NCBI GenBank assembly: GCA_028023455.1
Contig: JAQFVV010000003.1
Coordinates: 12,090,001-12,154,000 of the forward strand
Length of the DNA: 64,000 nucleotides
Direction: 5' to 3'
DNA from: Epiperipatus broadwayi
Lineage: Eukaryota > Animalia > Onychophora
The notes under the pieces were generated by a model. It searched no databases. It was not told the DNA's origin and saw only the letters and a program-made list of their open reading frames with translations. Numbering within the stretch: position 1 is the stretch's first letter; each line of letters starts with the position of its first letter. This document shows positions 37,004-51,960 of the stretch, piece by piece. The translations under genes were made by a program, and so were the position numbers.

Positions 37004-40000
37004 AGCCTATTATCATATTTGTATTTTAAATTCTATAGAAAATCTCTATTGAAGATGATCAATGAGTTTGACATATTAATTAAATATTTTTTCAGTGGTT
37101 TTCTTCATTCTACTCTAGTGCCATCTACTGTAAGGTTGAGTAATCAATGAACACTAAATAGATTTATTAAATCTACATTCTCAGATTGATTTCTTTTTTA
37201 GTCATTATCAGTGAAGGATTTGGATTCAATGCATTTATGATTTTTAGCAGTCATCTAGAGGCCACTAGAATATATGGCTATTAATCGATTATCAGATCTT
37301 AATAACTATACAAGCTAGTTGGTTTGGATTCAAAATTATAGGGTAATTTTTGAATTTAGATTTTTATTTTGATACTGTAAAGAAGTTAAAGTAGTTGTTA
37401 GATTAATAAATGAATCATACCCAGATTCTTCATAGATAAAGGCTACAAACTAGAAGCTATTACAATTTTAGTCATGTAATATTAATTGATTACTTAAGCT
37501 TACAGTAATTGACTTTGGAATTTAGTGAATTTTTCCTGAAAGCATCTATTAAATATAAGCAGAGAAAGTCATGAGGGTTTTTTTTTTTTAAAAATAGAAT
37601 TAATTTTTGCATTAATTATTATTAGGAAGGAACTGTATGTGTGTATTATTTTAATTAACTGGAAAGATATGGATTAACTTTATTCATAATTTTCTGATAT
37701 AATGTTTTATTTCACTTTTATTTGATGAACTAAAATCCTGTTGTGATTATATGGAAATATGGCAGAAATAGATTTTTAGTATAGTAAACTATTAAAAAAA
37801 ATAATTTAGATTTTGAAAATTTAATTAAAAATTTAATAGTAATAGGAAATATGTGGGTTGAAGAATTTAAAATGGTTAAAAAAAAAATTCAGAGTAATCA
37901 TCTACTTCGAAATCTCAATATTTGTTAACCATAAACGACTTATTAATTTATTTATTTTTTAATATTTGGAATGATTTTAACATTATTCGCATTTATTTGT
38001 GTTTTTATATTAACAATATATTTGAGACAGTCAAAGCAAACATTTTCTAATAATTGTTTTTTTTTTGTCAAAAAATTGTTTCATTTAGAATCAATCATAC
38101 AAAAATTTGTAGCATAAGAATTATTGAAATTGGTGTTATTATTTTAAAAGCTACACTTATGCTTGAAGCATTAATGACCAGGTTGAAATTGTCTTATTTT
38201 GCTCATAATATGAAATGTTCTAAGTCATTAGTTTGAAAATGAAATAAGAAAAAGATCATCCTGGTATTGTGATGAGTTCTACAGCATTACAATAATGGTT
38301 ATGTGATTAGTTAAGCAGCTGAAAAATCAGATACATTTCTCCATTATGTAGAATGTTATTCTTATGACTGCTGAATATATGATTTTTTAAAATTTAAATT
38401 TCAGTTTCGTTTTTGTCATAATTGCTATAAAGTTGCATATGGTGTTAATAAATGTATATCTTAGAAACCACAATTATATAGTTTTTACACTTTGAACACT
38501 AGTCGTAGACATTGAAAAAAATATATAAATAGCTTTTAATATGTGTTTTGATCGAATCGGTCCTTTTAGTTAGAGCAAGCCACTTTACAGACCCCAATGT
38601 CAAGTACTATTGCTCTTGCATTTATATAAATTCACTTTATAGGTGTCTTATTTTATGAAAGCAATTTTTGACAATAGTTTGTCATTAAATATATAAATTA
38701 TAACTAATCACTTTTAAATTAGTTCAGGAATTATATTTTTTTTAATCTTAGATATAATTTTTTTAATATTATTAAAGATTAAATATATCTTTTTCCATTC
38801 ACAAAACAAATGACCATCAGCTTTTATTTAATCAGATGACTGCCTTCATTTATGTGTGTGTCAGTTTATGCATAGTGAGAACTTGTAAGCATGTGCTATA
38901 CTTTGTTTTTGTGATGTTGCTATTTTAAGACCAAATAAAGAAAAACCTAGATTTAATTTTTTTAAAGTAACAATTCATTAATCCAATGTCTTGTTGTTCT
39001 AGTGTGTGGGGCAAATTTTTTTTTTTTTTTAAGATATTATTATTATTTAAATTATTTATATGCAGTAACTGTCAAGGAAATAGAAAAGTCTATCAATTCA
39101 GTTCCATTTTATAGTTTTTAAAATATTTCTTAAATAGTATGAAGTAAGCATATTTATTTGTTTTAGGCTTTTTTTTTTTATTCTCTGGATATCAAATTCA
39201 TTTTTCTACTTACAATTTTGGGCATGGATTTCATTCAACTAGTTTTGTCTAGTTTAATTGTTTACACTTGGTCTTTATTTATATATATATATATTTGCTC
39301 ACATTGGCTTCTCCATGAAATCTATGATTGTATCATAATATAAATAATTACATCAACCCAGGGTTATAAAAAAAATTCTTAATATTAACTTTGTTTCCTC
39401 TTCTTTCTTTGACCCAATATACTAATGTGAATATATTGAGATAACTAACAACCTCACTAAACTGAAGTGTGGATGAAAATTTGATATTCTATTGTATTGT
39501 CCACTTCCAAATTTCCATCTATTGATCAGGATCATTTTGTTTTTATTTCTATGCTGTGCTATTTGTAAAAGCAATCTATTGGCTTAGTACTTGTAGCAGA
39601 GAAACACTTTCCTCTGTAGGAATTATGACTTTTTCATATAATAGTTGTAATTTTGATTTCATTGGTCAATGAATAAACTTTTATGTTATCAATTCATCAG
39701 CAAAGAATATTTGAATATCCATTTACCAACTGATAATTGGATGTCTAGCTGAATTACTATGGATCAGGTACTTGGGGGAAAAGATTTACCTAAAAATCCT
39801 CAGCTATTTGGAAAAACTTTAAAATTCCAGCTAGACAGATAGGAACACTAAACCATTATTGCGTACCATTTATGCATCTTAAAAATGAAATTAATATTAG
39901 GTTTGCCAAGCCTATTCAACAGATTGAAAAGATATTTGAGACTTCTGTTGTATTAAGAATAACATATTGCATAATTTAAAGATCACACTTTCTTAAACTT

Positions 40001-41860
40001 CACAATAAGTCTTGGCATGTGATGTAAGTGCAATATCTTAAATTTTGAAGAAATCGGTTTTTGTTGTTAATTTTCTACAAACAGAACTATTTGGATTCAT
40101 CACTGTTTATGTAAATATACATTAATCCTATGATGTTGGACTTATGAGATATCTATTTAGATAAAACATAAATGGCCTTTAAACAGTTCATTGTAGAGTA
40201 TTGCTCATTTCTCTCCAGAGAAACACAGTAAAAAAACAACAACATGATTATCAGGCGAGTCCAATAACAGTTGATGAGAGTTTGTGACTTTTCTTTCTTA
40301 TTTGTACTCTTTTTAATTAATCATAGTTAGATACCCTTTTACCAGACAATAAAATGATGGATAACTAGAATGAGTATGAGCTGGTAATCTGAAAAAAAAA
40401 AAAAAAAGCCCAAGCTTGGCTTGGCACCTGAAAAAAATTATTATGTTTCATCTGGATATAAACCTTAGATCATGTGAGTGATAGATAGATATGGAAACAG
40501 TTATATCACTAGATTCTCAATATTTTTGTATTCTAATTTCTGCCTCATATAAACAGAAACTATATTCCTTATATGGTCAAATATGGTGCATTTTGATTCC
40601 TAATTAATATTATTGTATTCATACAATTGTATTGTAAGCAATAATTAGTCACACAGTTGTTTTTGTAAAACCGGATCATGAAAGAATAATAAAATTATAC
40701 TATTTTTTATAATTAAATAAAATCCATTGGGTATTCCCTTGTTGACTTAGAGTTTACATGCTAGATGATTAACACCAAAACCATCTACTTCTATCCCAGG
40801 ATTACAAAGTGTTTTTTCTTTTTACAACTATTATTGTTTTCTATTGTCGCTTAAAGTAATTCTTGAAGTGATTTTCATTTTAAAAAAGAAAATTCAAAAA
40901 TTGTATCAGCACATGCAAAATTTGTTAGTGGTACACCAATATATTTGTATTCCAGGTGTTATGAACACTAATCTGAAAGAAATTTGGCATGACCATTTAT
41001 TCATATCCAGTTTAAATAAATATATTTTCTTCCTACAAAGGTAGAATAGTGGATTTAAATTATCAATTTCCATGTGAGCAATATTAATGAAATTAAAATC
41101 ACAGTTCTACTAGAGGTACTTGAATATCATGATATATAAGTAAATCCATATTTTTAGATATCTGTAATTCTTAGCTTTTTACTCTGACATGAGTCTCCAT
41201 TATTTAATGGTGTGGATATTTATTCATGTAAAAATAACTAAGTTTATGTATGTGTAACATGGTGTGAAACTACCATTATTGTTGATACATTTGTATCATT
41301 TGATCGTAATGCTCTTCCTTAGCTATACCAATCAGGAAATAGAATTTGACATGCACATACTATTTTGTTTTTTTAAAAATTATTTTTAAAATGCCCATGT
41401 TTTTATTTAAAACTAAAATAATATTTTTGTAGTACATTATTTTATTTCTTTATCCTAAATAATAATTTTTTAAGCCTGCAAATTGTAAAAACAATTTAAA
41501 TGCTATAATCATTATTGGTACGAAAATAGGTGTAATAATAATAATAATTAAATGATAATTGCTTAGGGGATCATGTGACATTTTCAAAAGTTTGATCCAG
41601 GCACCTATATTCTGAAATCCATTATAACGTTACTGCATTAAACCAAACAAAACATAGATGAAATCAATAAGAATTTGATTATATTCATTAGAATATTCCA
41701 TATTTATTAAGTGGTTTCCTAATCTATATTTGGATGAGAATATTAAAACTATAGGGGGGGGGATACATATTTTTAGAGCCCCACCTCCTCAAGTTAAAGT
41801 TTGTATGAATTTAATATATTTTTGGTCATGAATGAAAATAGGTGTTGCTGTTTTGATATT

Positions 41861-41893
41861 TGTGTGTATGTGTGTGTGTGTGTGTGTGTGTGT
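41861..41893 (+). repeat. (TG)n microsatellite
   Basis: About 16 TG units with one interruption. Confidence 0.95.
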
Positions 41894-42263
41894 ACATAAA
41901 TATATATAACATTTATGCTTCTTTGAAAAAAATGTTTATAATTGTTGATAACTCATTCCCATAGAAGTGACTTATTATTATGATATTTATGTTGTGTATT
42001 TTTGAATATGTATTATGAAACAGTTTTTTGCAGTCACATGCTATTCATTTTATAATCATTCTGGAAATAAATGATTAATCCGCTCATATTTCAGAGTTTG
42101 TTGGAGATTGGAGAATTTTTCATCTAACAAGATTAGTAATAAGTATATAAAAGATAAACAATAGGTTTAGCAACTATAGATGTTTATCATATTCACCAAT
42201 GCATCATGTTAGAATCATAATGTATAAAATTTGAAATACAGGGATTCTTATACCTGGAACTTA

Positions 42264-42562
42264 ATTATAAATTTAGGGGATTTGAACTCAGACTTTCAAG
42301 CAACCTTCAACTATCCATACTATCTCATACTACTGATACACATGACCACACATGTGTAGAAAAGCTAAATAATCACCAATATATGTATTTCGTGCTGAAC
42401 CAGCATTCATCAGTTGGTCCAGATGAGTGCTGGTTCAGCACAAAATATGTGTGTATTGGTGATTATTTATATTTTCTACATATGTGTGGTCATGTGTATC
42501 AGTAGTATGAGATAATTGAAGGTTATTTGGAAGTCTGAGTTCAAATCCCCTATATTTATAAT
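42264..42562. repeat. ~300-bp fold-back palindrome (arms of ~148 and ~141 nt, 10-nt loop)
   Basis: 42264-42411 pairs with 42422-42562, with scattered mismatches and one ~9-nt duplication bulge in the left arm. Confidence 0.95.
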
Positions 42563-45500
42563 CATAATATATCTAAATCATTTTTGTTCTATTGTCAGTG
42601 CATTGATATTTATCTGATTGATCCAAATAATCTTGTGAGTTTTACAGACTCTTATCTGTCTGGGTAAAAACTTTTGTTATTTCTGATCATTATATGGGTA
42701 GTTAAGCTGAGTATGAAATAACATCTACAAAAAGATTTCACTCAAATTTGGATCCAAGGTCATAAGTGTGGTAATTAAATGGACTAACATTACATCATAA
42801 AAACCTTATATTCCAAAGTTGATCAAATGAATAATAATATGTAAACTATAAAAGAGAAAAATTACATAACTTTGTGATTTGTGAATAAGACATTGTAGAA
42901 TTACAGGTGCTACTCCATATTTAAGATTCTGACCTAACAATACTTATTAATTGATAGTTCAAATATTGCTGATGCCACACTATTCAGATATATCTATGAA
43001 AGGATCAGTTAAATTTGACTTTTTTTTTTTGCCTTAAATTAGAAACCTGTTGCTTGATTTATTTTCTTACATTAATAATAAATGTAAGAAATAATTAAAT
43101 CATGTTTCCACATAAATCTAAACTTGATTGATTTATGTAAAAAAAAAAGAAAAAAAGAAAGAAAACAAAAACCCACATCATGCTCTGAATATTTGTTGAA
43201 AGAAACCAGAACTCATTTATTAAGGTGAATCTGACATTTTATTATTTTATTTTGAACTTCTGCCACTCACTAAAAGGATTGTTGTATTATTTCATTGATT
43301 AAGTATTACTAAGATGATGGAGGGTACCATACTTTCTGCTTTGAATCACTACTGACCAGAGCTGCTGACAAAAATATGGTAAACTTTTTTTTTAATTAAA
43401 AAAAATGTTATATAAATTTTTATTTTAATATGTACTACTATCTAATGTTAGCTATCTGTATTCCCTTTATAAGCAAGAGTAACCAGATACTGAGGGATGA
43501 CCAATATATAACATTCGATTATTGGCAGTAGTAGCATCCATTGCTTACCATCCTTTTAACACAGTTTCTTTAATAATTTCAATCATATCAAAAGCTGTAA
43601 TGAATTTTTATTTATTGTACATAAGTTGTCTTTCTTGTAAGCAATAGAATTTTAAAGTCAAGAGATAACATTTGATCATCATCAGTGGTAATTTCCCAAT
43701 GCTTGCCATAATTTATATTAATATCTCAATATTAATGTTACATTATAAAATTTAATTGAAGCGTCTGTGTTATTTGTATCAGAAAGTAACAGTTTTAAAA
43801 TGATAGGTTGGTATAAAAATTTTCCTTTTGAAGGTTAAGGTGAATTGTTTTCCTGTAGTTATTCCACTGTGGTTTTATGTTTTTAGGCAGTAGTAGTTTT
43901 GTTTTAATTATCCAACTCTAGTAGGTTTTAACAAGTTTAATTCTCCCATTCTAAAAAAGTGGAGTTACAATCATAACCCTTGATTTTTTTTTTTTAATCT
44001 TTTATCAGTATTACCTGTTTTTTAAATTTGTGTATGTGTCTTTTTTTACCACATGCTTTTCTCTTACATACTTAAATTTTTTTCCAATTAGTTTTATCTA
44101 TAAAAGAAAAAAAGAACTACATGGATTTGTATTTTCATTTACAACAGTAATATGCTGAGTGTTCCTGTTATTTTGTTTAATCCGGTATATGCGTGCTTAT
44201 ATTTATGGGGGGAGGGGTATAATGATCTTTTAATATAACTCATTCTACTTAAGGTTGAAAAACAAGTTTTTTGTTTTAGTAATTATAGGAATGACAAGTT
44301 TCTGACATAATAAACTCAGTAGGGCAACTAAAATAACCTTCATATCCTTAAAGGTGATTACAAATAAATTAATAAAACTTCCTAGTACTTTAAAACACAA
44401 ACATTTAATTCTGAATGAAATATTTAGCACTGCATATAAACAATGGATCTTGCAATAATAGCATATCTATTTGTTGTGCTTATGATTTGGGTTCAAATCT
44501 GGGGTGAATATAATTGAAATTTTTTTTAACATGCTTTCATTCAGGCATTCCACCGCTAGCTAATCTAGATAAACATCCAAAATTAGTCAGCTAATAGATA
44601 ATGGAAAACTTCAAACTATCACCAATCCAGATACTAGTTTTTCTTTCACTGTTTTTTTTCTCCTTAAGTGAATTCTTTAAAGGTTACTTTACTTTTCACC
44701 TTTATATAAGCAGTTATCAATGGTTGCCAAACATTATCACTTGTTTACATTACCCATTTGCCTAGTTTTTCTGCCTTTAGCAGAAAACTTCATATACTTA
44801 CATTAATAAAACATGGGATTACAAGTTCATTGAAATAAACAATCTTTTCAGAGGATATAAAGCAAAATGTTACGTTACTTGAATTTAATCTGCTTTGATT
44901 AGAAGTAAAACTTAAATGATGATATCAATATGACTTCAAAAATCTCTTCTCTTTGGATCTATCTTATCTCACAATCTTTATCCACATTACCAGTATTTAA
45001 TTCTAATTCAAAGTAATCCTCTTCTTATCACTTTTTTTTTTGTTTAATCTAAATCTGAATTTCTTCACAATCTCAAAAATTCCTTTTTTAAATCTTTCAA
45101 ATTTGAATATCTATATTCATGTCTTGACATAATCTACATTCTGCACCTCTCCAATCATTACCACTATGTGCTTTTTAGTCAGCAGATCATCTGTCCTAAC
45201 CTTAAATAAGAGTGCAATATCTACCTTTTCTTTACCAGAAGATCACAAAAATTTGATTGCACTTATATTATCTGGACTCCATTGTTTTCCTGGGGGAGGG
45301 GGTATTACTATCTTTTTAGGGGATTCTGAACTAAATGGTTTCTGAATTTTAATCAAGTCATTGAAAATGTTATATCCAACAATTTCTATTCTCTAATGAC
45401 ACATGCCTACCAAGCAATTGACTATATAATTATTTTAGTTATAGAGAATTTTGAAACTTTCTCAAGTAACTTCTTTAATAAAATGTACTAGTTTATTTAA

Positions 45501-47897
45501 AGTCCTTAAGTCATATTTATTTTAAACCCCTACCCCATTTTAAATATATAAACAAATTATCTGCTGATGAGTTTAGAAATACAATTTGCTGCAATAAATC
45601 TTTACTTCTTAAGTTTAGATTCACTGGATTATTTCGAATGAACTGAAGGAAGACTAATAATATTATATAAAATGTTTAATGTGTTGAAATTCAAAATATG
45701 CATGTATACTATTCAAAAATATTACAATACAAATAGAAGTAATTCATAAAGTGAAACAGGTCATATAATGCATTTTGAACCTTATCAATAAAATAAATTG
45801 AATGCATATCATAAACTGAATTATTCAACAGAAACGTGCAGCATATAATGTTAATGTCCCAAGACAAAAATTAAAAATGAAATATGAGAATGAGAGGTGG
45901 GGGGTAATCTTGAAAATGAGCTCCTTTCTAAGTAGGGAGTTGGAGAATTGCAATTTACTAAAGAGGGGTTTTTTTTTTTGCTTTTATTTTGTTTGCTCTC
46001 TTGAGTAAATTAAAGAAATTTATATTTTACATTTCTAATAATATTCATATATTTACATTGTTTTTGATAAGTCCTTTTAAATAAATGATGTTTCGTGGTT
46101 TAGTGACTTATTAACGCTTATGGTGTAATTCTAAAATTGAGATGCTAGAATAAATTGTGTTACAAAGGAACAAACAGTAATGGATAATCACCATGAACAG
46201 TGATCATTTAGTACCACTTGGTCATGATACTCTTTGTATAGTTATTATTACCTGCCTTTAGGTGGAATACATATATTATAGTATAGTGATTAATAAATAT
46301 ATTATAGTATAGTGATTAATAAATTTGCCATCCACATCCACCAGCATGTCCTAAATTCATAGAAAACTGACCTTCTGAAATGCCAATGTACATTGAAGCC
46401 TTTCACCTAACTGATATCAAGAAACACCTATCAAAATTCAATGAATTCTCAAAAATCAAAGTGACACACTGATGGACTTTAACGGTATTAAGAACTTTAT
46501 TTATAGTCCATAAGCCAGGTCTTATTCAATTTTTACTTATATAAACTTGTATTCTGAATGTAAACTAATTACTGTTACATTTAATTACTAGAATTTACTA
46601 ATATTAACAATTTATTGCTAGTATAATATTTTTGTATATGTGTTCTTCATGGATTAGTTTTTTTTTTTTTAGTTATGAAAAATTTTAGAGTTACATAATC
46701 AATAGACCTTAAGTTACTTTTAAAATTTCATATTGTTGAATGGCAAAATATTTGTAAGTGTAAATTTCTATTTTAAATTAAATTAGTTTCATAATTTGTT
46801 TCTGTTTGTAATGACCGCAAGTCTAATAGCAAACAAAATTCTTAAAATGAAATAAAATGAGATATCGGTAATAATATTTTTTTAGTAGATTTATTCCTAA
46901 AGAATGTTTTAAAATGCTCATTAGTTATTGAAGTATAAAAGGCAGACTTGTGCTGGCATCATAGCCTACATATCAATAAAACCCATATGGCTATGGATAT
47001 AGGGTGAAATGAGACAGCCCATTATAAATCCATTGCATTTGATCACATAACACTTTGCTATAGCATATTGTACATGTCTGCATGGGTTAGTAATAATAAT
47101 AAGGAAGGTTAATTTAAAATGTATGCAATGTAACAATCATTTCATAACTAGGGTTTATAAACTTCGATTGTTTTTATTTGTTTTTGCTAGAATACTAGTA
47201 TAGATAAAAAATAACAGTATGAAACAACTATGCAAGTGGGTCTTAACTAATATGTGAATCATCTATGAAGAAGTACTACTTTATTTCATTTTATTTTGGT
47301 GTGGTTTTTTTTTTAATATTTTATAAATAAACCTTATGATTATTTAAATTTGCCTACCATTTGCTTTGCTGTTATCTATCAATTGTTTAATACTCAATAG
47401 ACGCATACTCTAAAGTGAGCTAACATCAGGAGCAATTATTATATGAAATTATATTTAGATTATCATATATTCAGTCACACAAATAAATTTTCCAAACTGG
47501 TATGCTGGTTTGGTGGTGCTTTCAAGTAATGGGTGTATGGTGTCTGGAACATAAGTAAAAATATGTAAATAACGCAGAACAATATGGGAGCTTGATTAGG
47601 ATTGAGTTTGATGGTTCATCTACATAAATTTAATTATAAACCCATTGGAGATTTTTTTTTTAAACAATTGATAGAACATATTAGGAGTGGGTTGGCAAAA
47701 TTAGGTATTAAAAAGAAAATAAAAGGTCAGTCAGAGCTAGTAATGTTTATGGAAATGGAGGTGGTTTAAAATAGGATTTATCATTTAAGGAAATAGTTAT
47801 TAATAAAAGTAATCGTATATAAATAAATTAGAATTTTTGAGTATCAGAAAGTGTTGATAAAATAGATAAGTTTTTGTTGACTTGTTTTTTAAAAAAT

Positions 47898-48790
47898 ATG
47901 GAATCTGTAGAATAAAGTCATAATTTAACACCTGAAGAGATAGAACAGGAAGAAGGTAATCCTATTACTTTTAAAAATCCTGAAATGGTTGAAAATGTAA
48001 ATAAACCTACAGAGATGTAAGTGCGGATTAGTGTGATATTGAAATGAAAGAAATGATAAATCAAAATAAACAGGAACTGATAGGACAATGTAAATAAATG
48101 AGAGAATTCATGAATTAAATGATAGAAAAGATGAAAGAAGTTCAGTATGATCTTAAGAAAGAAATAAAACAGGAAATCATGAACAGGATAGATCAAAATT
48201 AGAAGGCAGTAGAGACAGTAGAGAAAAATTTAAAAAATTGAGGAAGTAGAACAGGAAGTAAATGTACGAATCATCAAAATATAGAAAGAAGTAATAGGTC
48301 CTGAACAAAGAATAGAGGCAGTGGAAAGTGAAAACCATGAGTATAGGAGAGAAAAAAATAAAAGATTGCAAGAGTGCATAAATTGTACTGAAGCCAATTT
48401 ATTGTGAAAAATATTCATGTAAAAACTTTTAGAGCTGAGGTAGGGGAATGTCCTTTGCCATATATAGAGAGTTTATAGGAAATATTTCAATTTTATAATT
48501 GACAGAAGATGAAAAGATTGTAATGGCCTGAAATTGCCTCCATGGAGTGGCCAAAGATTGGTGGCATACATTAAGAAGTAAATTTGATGACTACATATAT
48601 GAAATAATGCATAGCTTCTGGAGTGAAGAATGCCAAGCTGGACTCCTGCATAAAGTCTCACAAGAAAAATATCCAGGAGTTCCTGGGGAGAGCCCTATTC
48701 AATTCTTTTATAGGTAGGTAGCCAAACTGAAGTCCCTAACTGCCTTTCCATTATCAGGGACATATAATAAGGATGATCAGATATAAATTA
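47898..48790 (+). pseudogene. Decayed Ty3/Gypsy gag (coiled-coil plus Arc-like capsid region)
   Basis: E/K/Q-rich heptad region, then VKTFRAEVGECPLPYIE..FQFYNLTEDEKIVMA*NCLHGVAKDWWHTLRSKFDDY..FWSEECQ..EKY..ESPIQFF, which is the retrotransposon gag pattern. Many stops. No pol follows. Confidence 0.7.
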
Positions 48791-50587
48791 TATATTTCAT
48801 AAAACAATGAAAATTAAAAGCAGTAAATAAGAATTTTACAACTTAATAATAAAAAAAAGGAAAAGTAAATTCATCATGCATATATATTATACACATAATT
48901 TTGTTAAACTCAAAATATTTCTACCATCTGTTTATTTATTTACTTGCATTATATGTATTGTATTATAAAATAGTGAAGACATTATTATCCAAAGATGAAT
49001 CTAATTTAATATGAATTTCTCTTTATTTTCCATGGAATGATTCTAGCAGTTGTAGTTACATTATTAAAGGGAAAGTATAGTAATAGAGCGGTGGATTAAG
49101 TTCAAAAATGGATGGATTATTGTTTTATCATTTTTAGTGTTCAAATTTTTTTTAGAACTGCAGAACAATAAATGAATTGTTTATTTATTTAATGGTTATC
49201 AAAAAGTGTATGTAATAAAAAATTAGGGAAAAGAGATTGTGAAATAGATCCATGTGATAATGAAAATATATAAAAGAATGGCAGATGAATGGATAAACAG
49301 GGATAGTTTTGGTGACAGAAAATGAAAGTTTTTTTCTACAGATTTGTAATGATTAAATAAATTGACTGCTAAAAATGTTATGGTACTTTGATAATTATAC
49401 TCTTTTTCCATATGCTTGATCTCCTGTAACTGATTTTGACTCTTGATGATCATATAAACTGCATATATGAATGATTCCTTTTCACAGCTTCTGGTTTATC
49501 AATGACAAGCATATTAATTGCTGTGACGTTTGAATATATCAATTTTATAACTTTTCATTTTTTAATTACAATTTTTAGAAAAGCAGTCCACCCTTGTTTT
49601 AATAAAACATCTTTTTTATAATGTAACCAAAATAAAATTTACTTCCAGTGATCATTTATTTCTAATGAAAGTTCAATTCTGTTATAAGGGCGGTGTGTTT
49701 ACAAGTATTGTTTCACACATTGTCAGTAAATGCACTGTGATTGAAATAAATGAAAAATTCCAATAAAAACAAATATTATTGGGCCTAAATCCTTTATCTG
49801 CCATTTCCTATTATTTCCCAGTCTTTGATATTGTTTGCTTTTCATAACTATTTTTTCTCTTAAATTTAAGTTGATTCTTTCTGTTTATTTTCTGCCCTTA
49901 ATTTAAGGTATGATTCTTAAATTAATACTATCTGAAGGAAGCAAACAAATACTAATAAAAATCTCAGTTTAGTTGATTGGATTAAATTATTAGGCCCACT
50001 ATGTACCTTAAATATTACATGTTCTCTCATGTAGTTGACAACACCATAAATAAATAAGGAATTTGTAAACCAGATAATTCGAATTTTGGTATTTATATGT
50101 TATATATACAAAAGGACTAAACGCTCTAAATGTTGAATAAAGGATCAAGAATAGAATGAATCCACCTATTTCTTCTATTCTTGATTCGTTTATCAACATT
50201 TAGAGTGATGTTAATTCATAGCCTGGAGGAATGTGATTTACTACCTTTGTTTATATGTACATCGAGTTGTATTTAATTTAAATATATATATATATTATAA
50301 TAATAAAGAAAAATATGTAATCTCTGGTTTGAGATTAAGTAATTACATATAATGATTGCCTTAATGATTTATTATAGATAGTTCATTGTCTCTTCATTAT
50401 CAGCTTTGGGTGTGAACCACTGTAATTATATTAAAATAAATGATTGCTTTAAGTAATGTAAAAAAAAAAAAATGTTTTCATAAAGATATAAAAGTTAAAA
50501 TTATTTGTAGAAATTTATTTTAAAATAACCCACTTATCTTTATATATGTGTATGTTGCATATACGTGTATGTTGCATACAAGCATAC

Positions 50588-51960
50588 AAATATCTGAATG
50601 ATAAAGATGTGTCAGATAATTGGAATAATATAGAAGTGATATTTAAGAAAAGTGATGAAACAAAACCAAAAAAAATGGACTGGATTTACAAATGGTTTTA
50701 GCATAGTAGATCACTTTTCTCTATTAAGAGAAGTTGTAGAAAGGACTAATGAATAAAAAATTGTCATTGTAATCAATGCTATCTACCAAATATCTAAATG
50801 ATAAAAATACATCAGGTGATTCGATATAAAGCAGAAGTGATATTTAATTTAAAAAGTAAAAAAGAAGACATTATATTAGAAATTACAGACTTATCACAAG
50901 ACCTTTACTAATATCATGTGTACACAGAGAATTTTGTGGAACCAAACCAACCCCAAAAAATAGACTGGATTTAAAAATGGTTTTAACATAATAGACCACT
51001 TCTGTTTATTGTGAGAAGTTACTGAAAGAACTAACAAATATAAGTTGCCATTATGTCGTAAATTTGTAGATTCTGTAAGCATTCCTGTGATGATGATTAA
51101 AGTTTTGAAACATGGCATCAGGATATCAAAATGCAATGACTAGATTACATGACAACATTAAGAAGATTAATATTGATAACAGTAAATGACAAGATGATTT
51201 TATATCTCTAAAACTTTCCTTAAAAATGTAAAGGATGTAAATGATTAAAAGTAAATAGTGATTATTTAAATAGAGCTCAGAAAATGTTATAAAAAAGATA
51301 TCAGTTAAAAGCAGTTTGTAAACAGGAGAAAATGTTGACACAACATCATTTGAATCTTCATTACAACAAATGAGTACTTCAATGTTATTAATAGCACTAA
51401 AGTAGACATAGGAAAATGAACAAAATAAAGATAGGTAGTAATAAATTAGAAGAAAAAAAAGACTACAAATATCTTAATTAGGTTATCAATACAGTTAGAA
51501 ATATAATTGATGAAATTATTCATATGATAAAACTTATGGATTACATTTAGGAAAATAACTTTATATTAAAAGGAAATATGTCTGTGTGCTTAAAAAAGAA
51601 GGAAAAATTTAATGGATGTTTTCCCCCAGCTTATGTCTAGATCTGTGATCTAGAATTTTAATAGAAGTATATAGATTTCAGCTTATATAAGATGGGATTA
51701 TCTAGGAAAAATCAAAAGGAATATAAAGGTGAAAAAATGATCAAATTTAACCGATTTCTTTGAAATAATTTAAAACTGAAGTCGAAATGCATTGGACATG
51801 TTACTAGATAGATTTAAAAGATCTAGAAAAATATTACGTTTAAGATGGATGGATGAGATAAAATTTACTCAAGTAATGCGTAGAAGAGAAACCGAATTTG
51901 AGCTTAAATTTGAGAGATCTTCATCCTACAGTAATCAACGAGTACTGAACATATTCAGAC
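50588..51960 (+). mobile_element. RTE-clade LINE, decayed, with an internal partial duplication
   Basis: QP..TGFKNGFNIIDH..EVTERTNKYKLPL..FVD; V.QDDFISLKL (cf. VRQGD.ISPKL); LKKKEKFNGC; GHVTR..RLRWMDEI. 50588-50787 is a deleted duplicate of 50788-51045. Confidence 0.7.

Noticed and set aside
40343-40388. 46-nt minus-strand exon candidate, same length as 43549-43594 (mutually exclusive pair?)
   Set aside because: No peptide similarity between the two, and the polypyrimidine tract may just be a retroelement A-tail.
51137-51151. TGACTAGATTACATG, resembling miR-279/996 family mature sequences
   Set aside because: It lies inside the RTE RT coding remnant, the 3' part diverges and the hairpin is weak.
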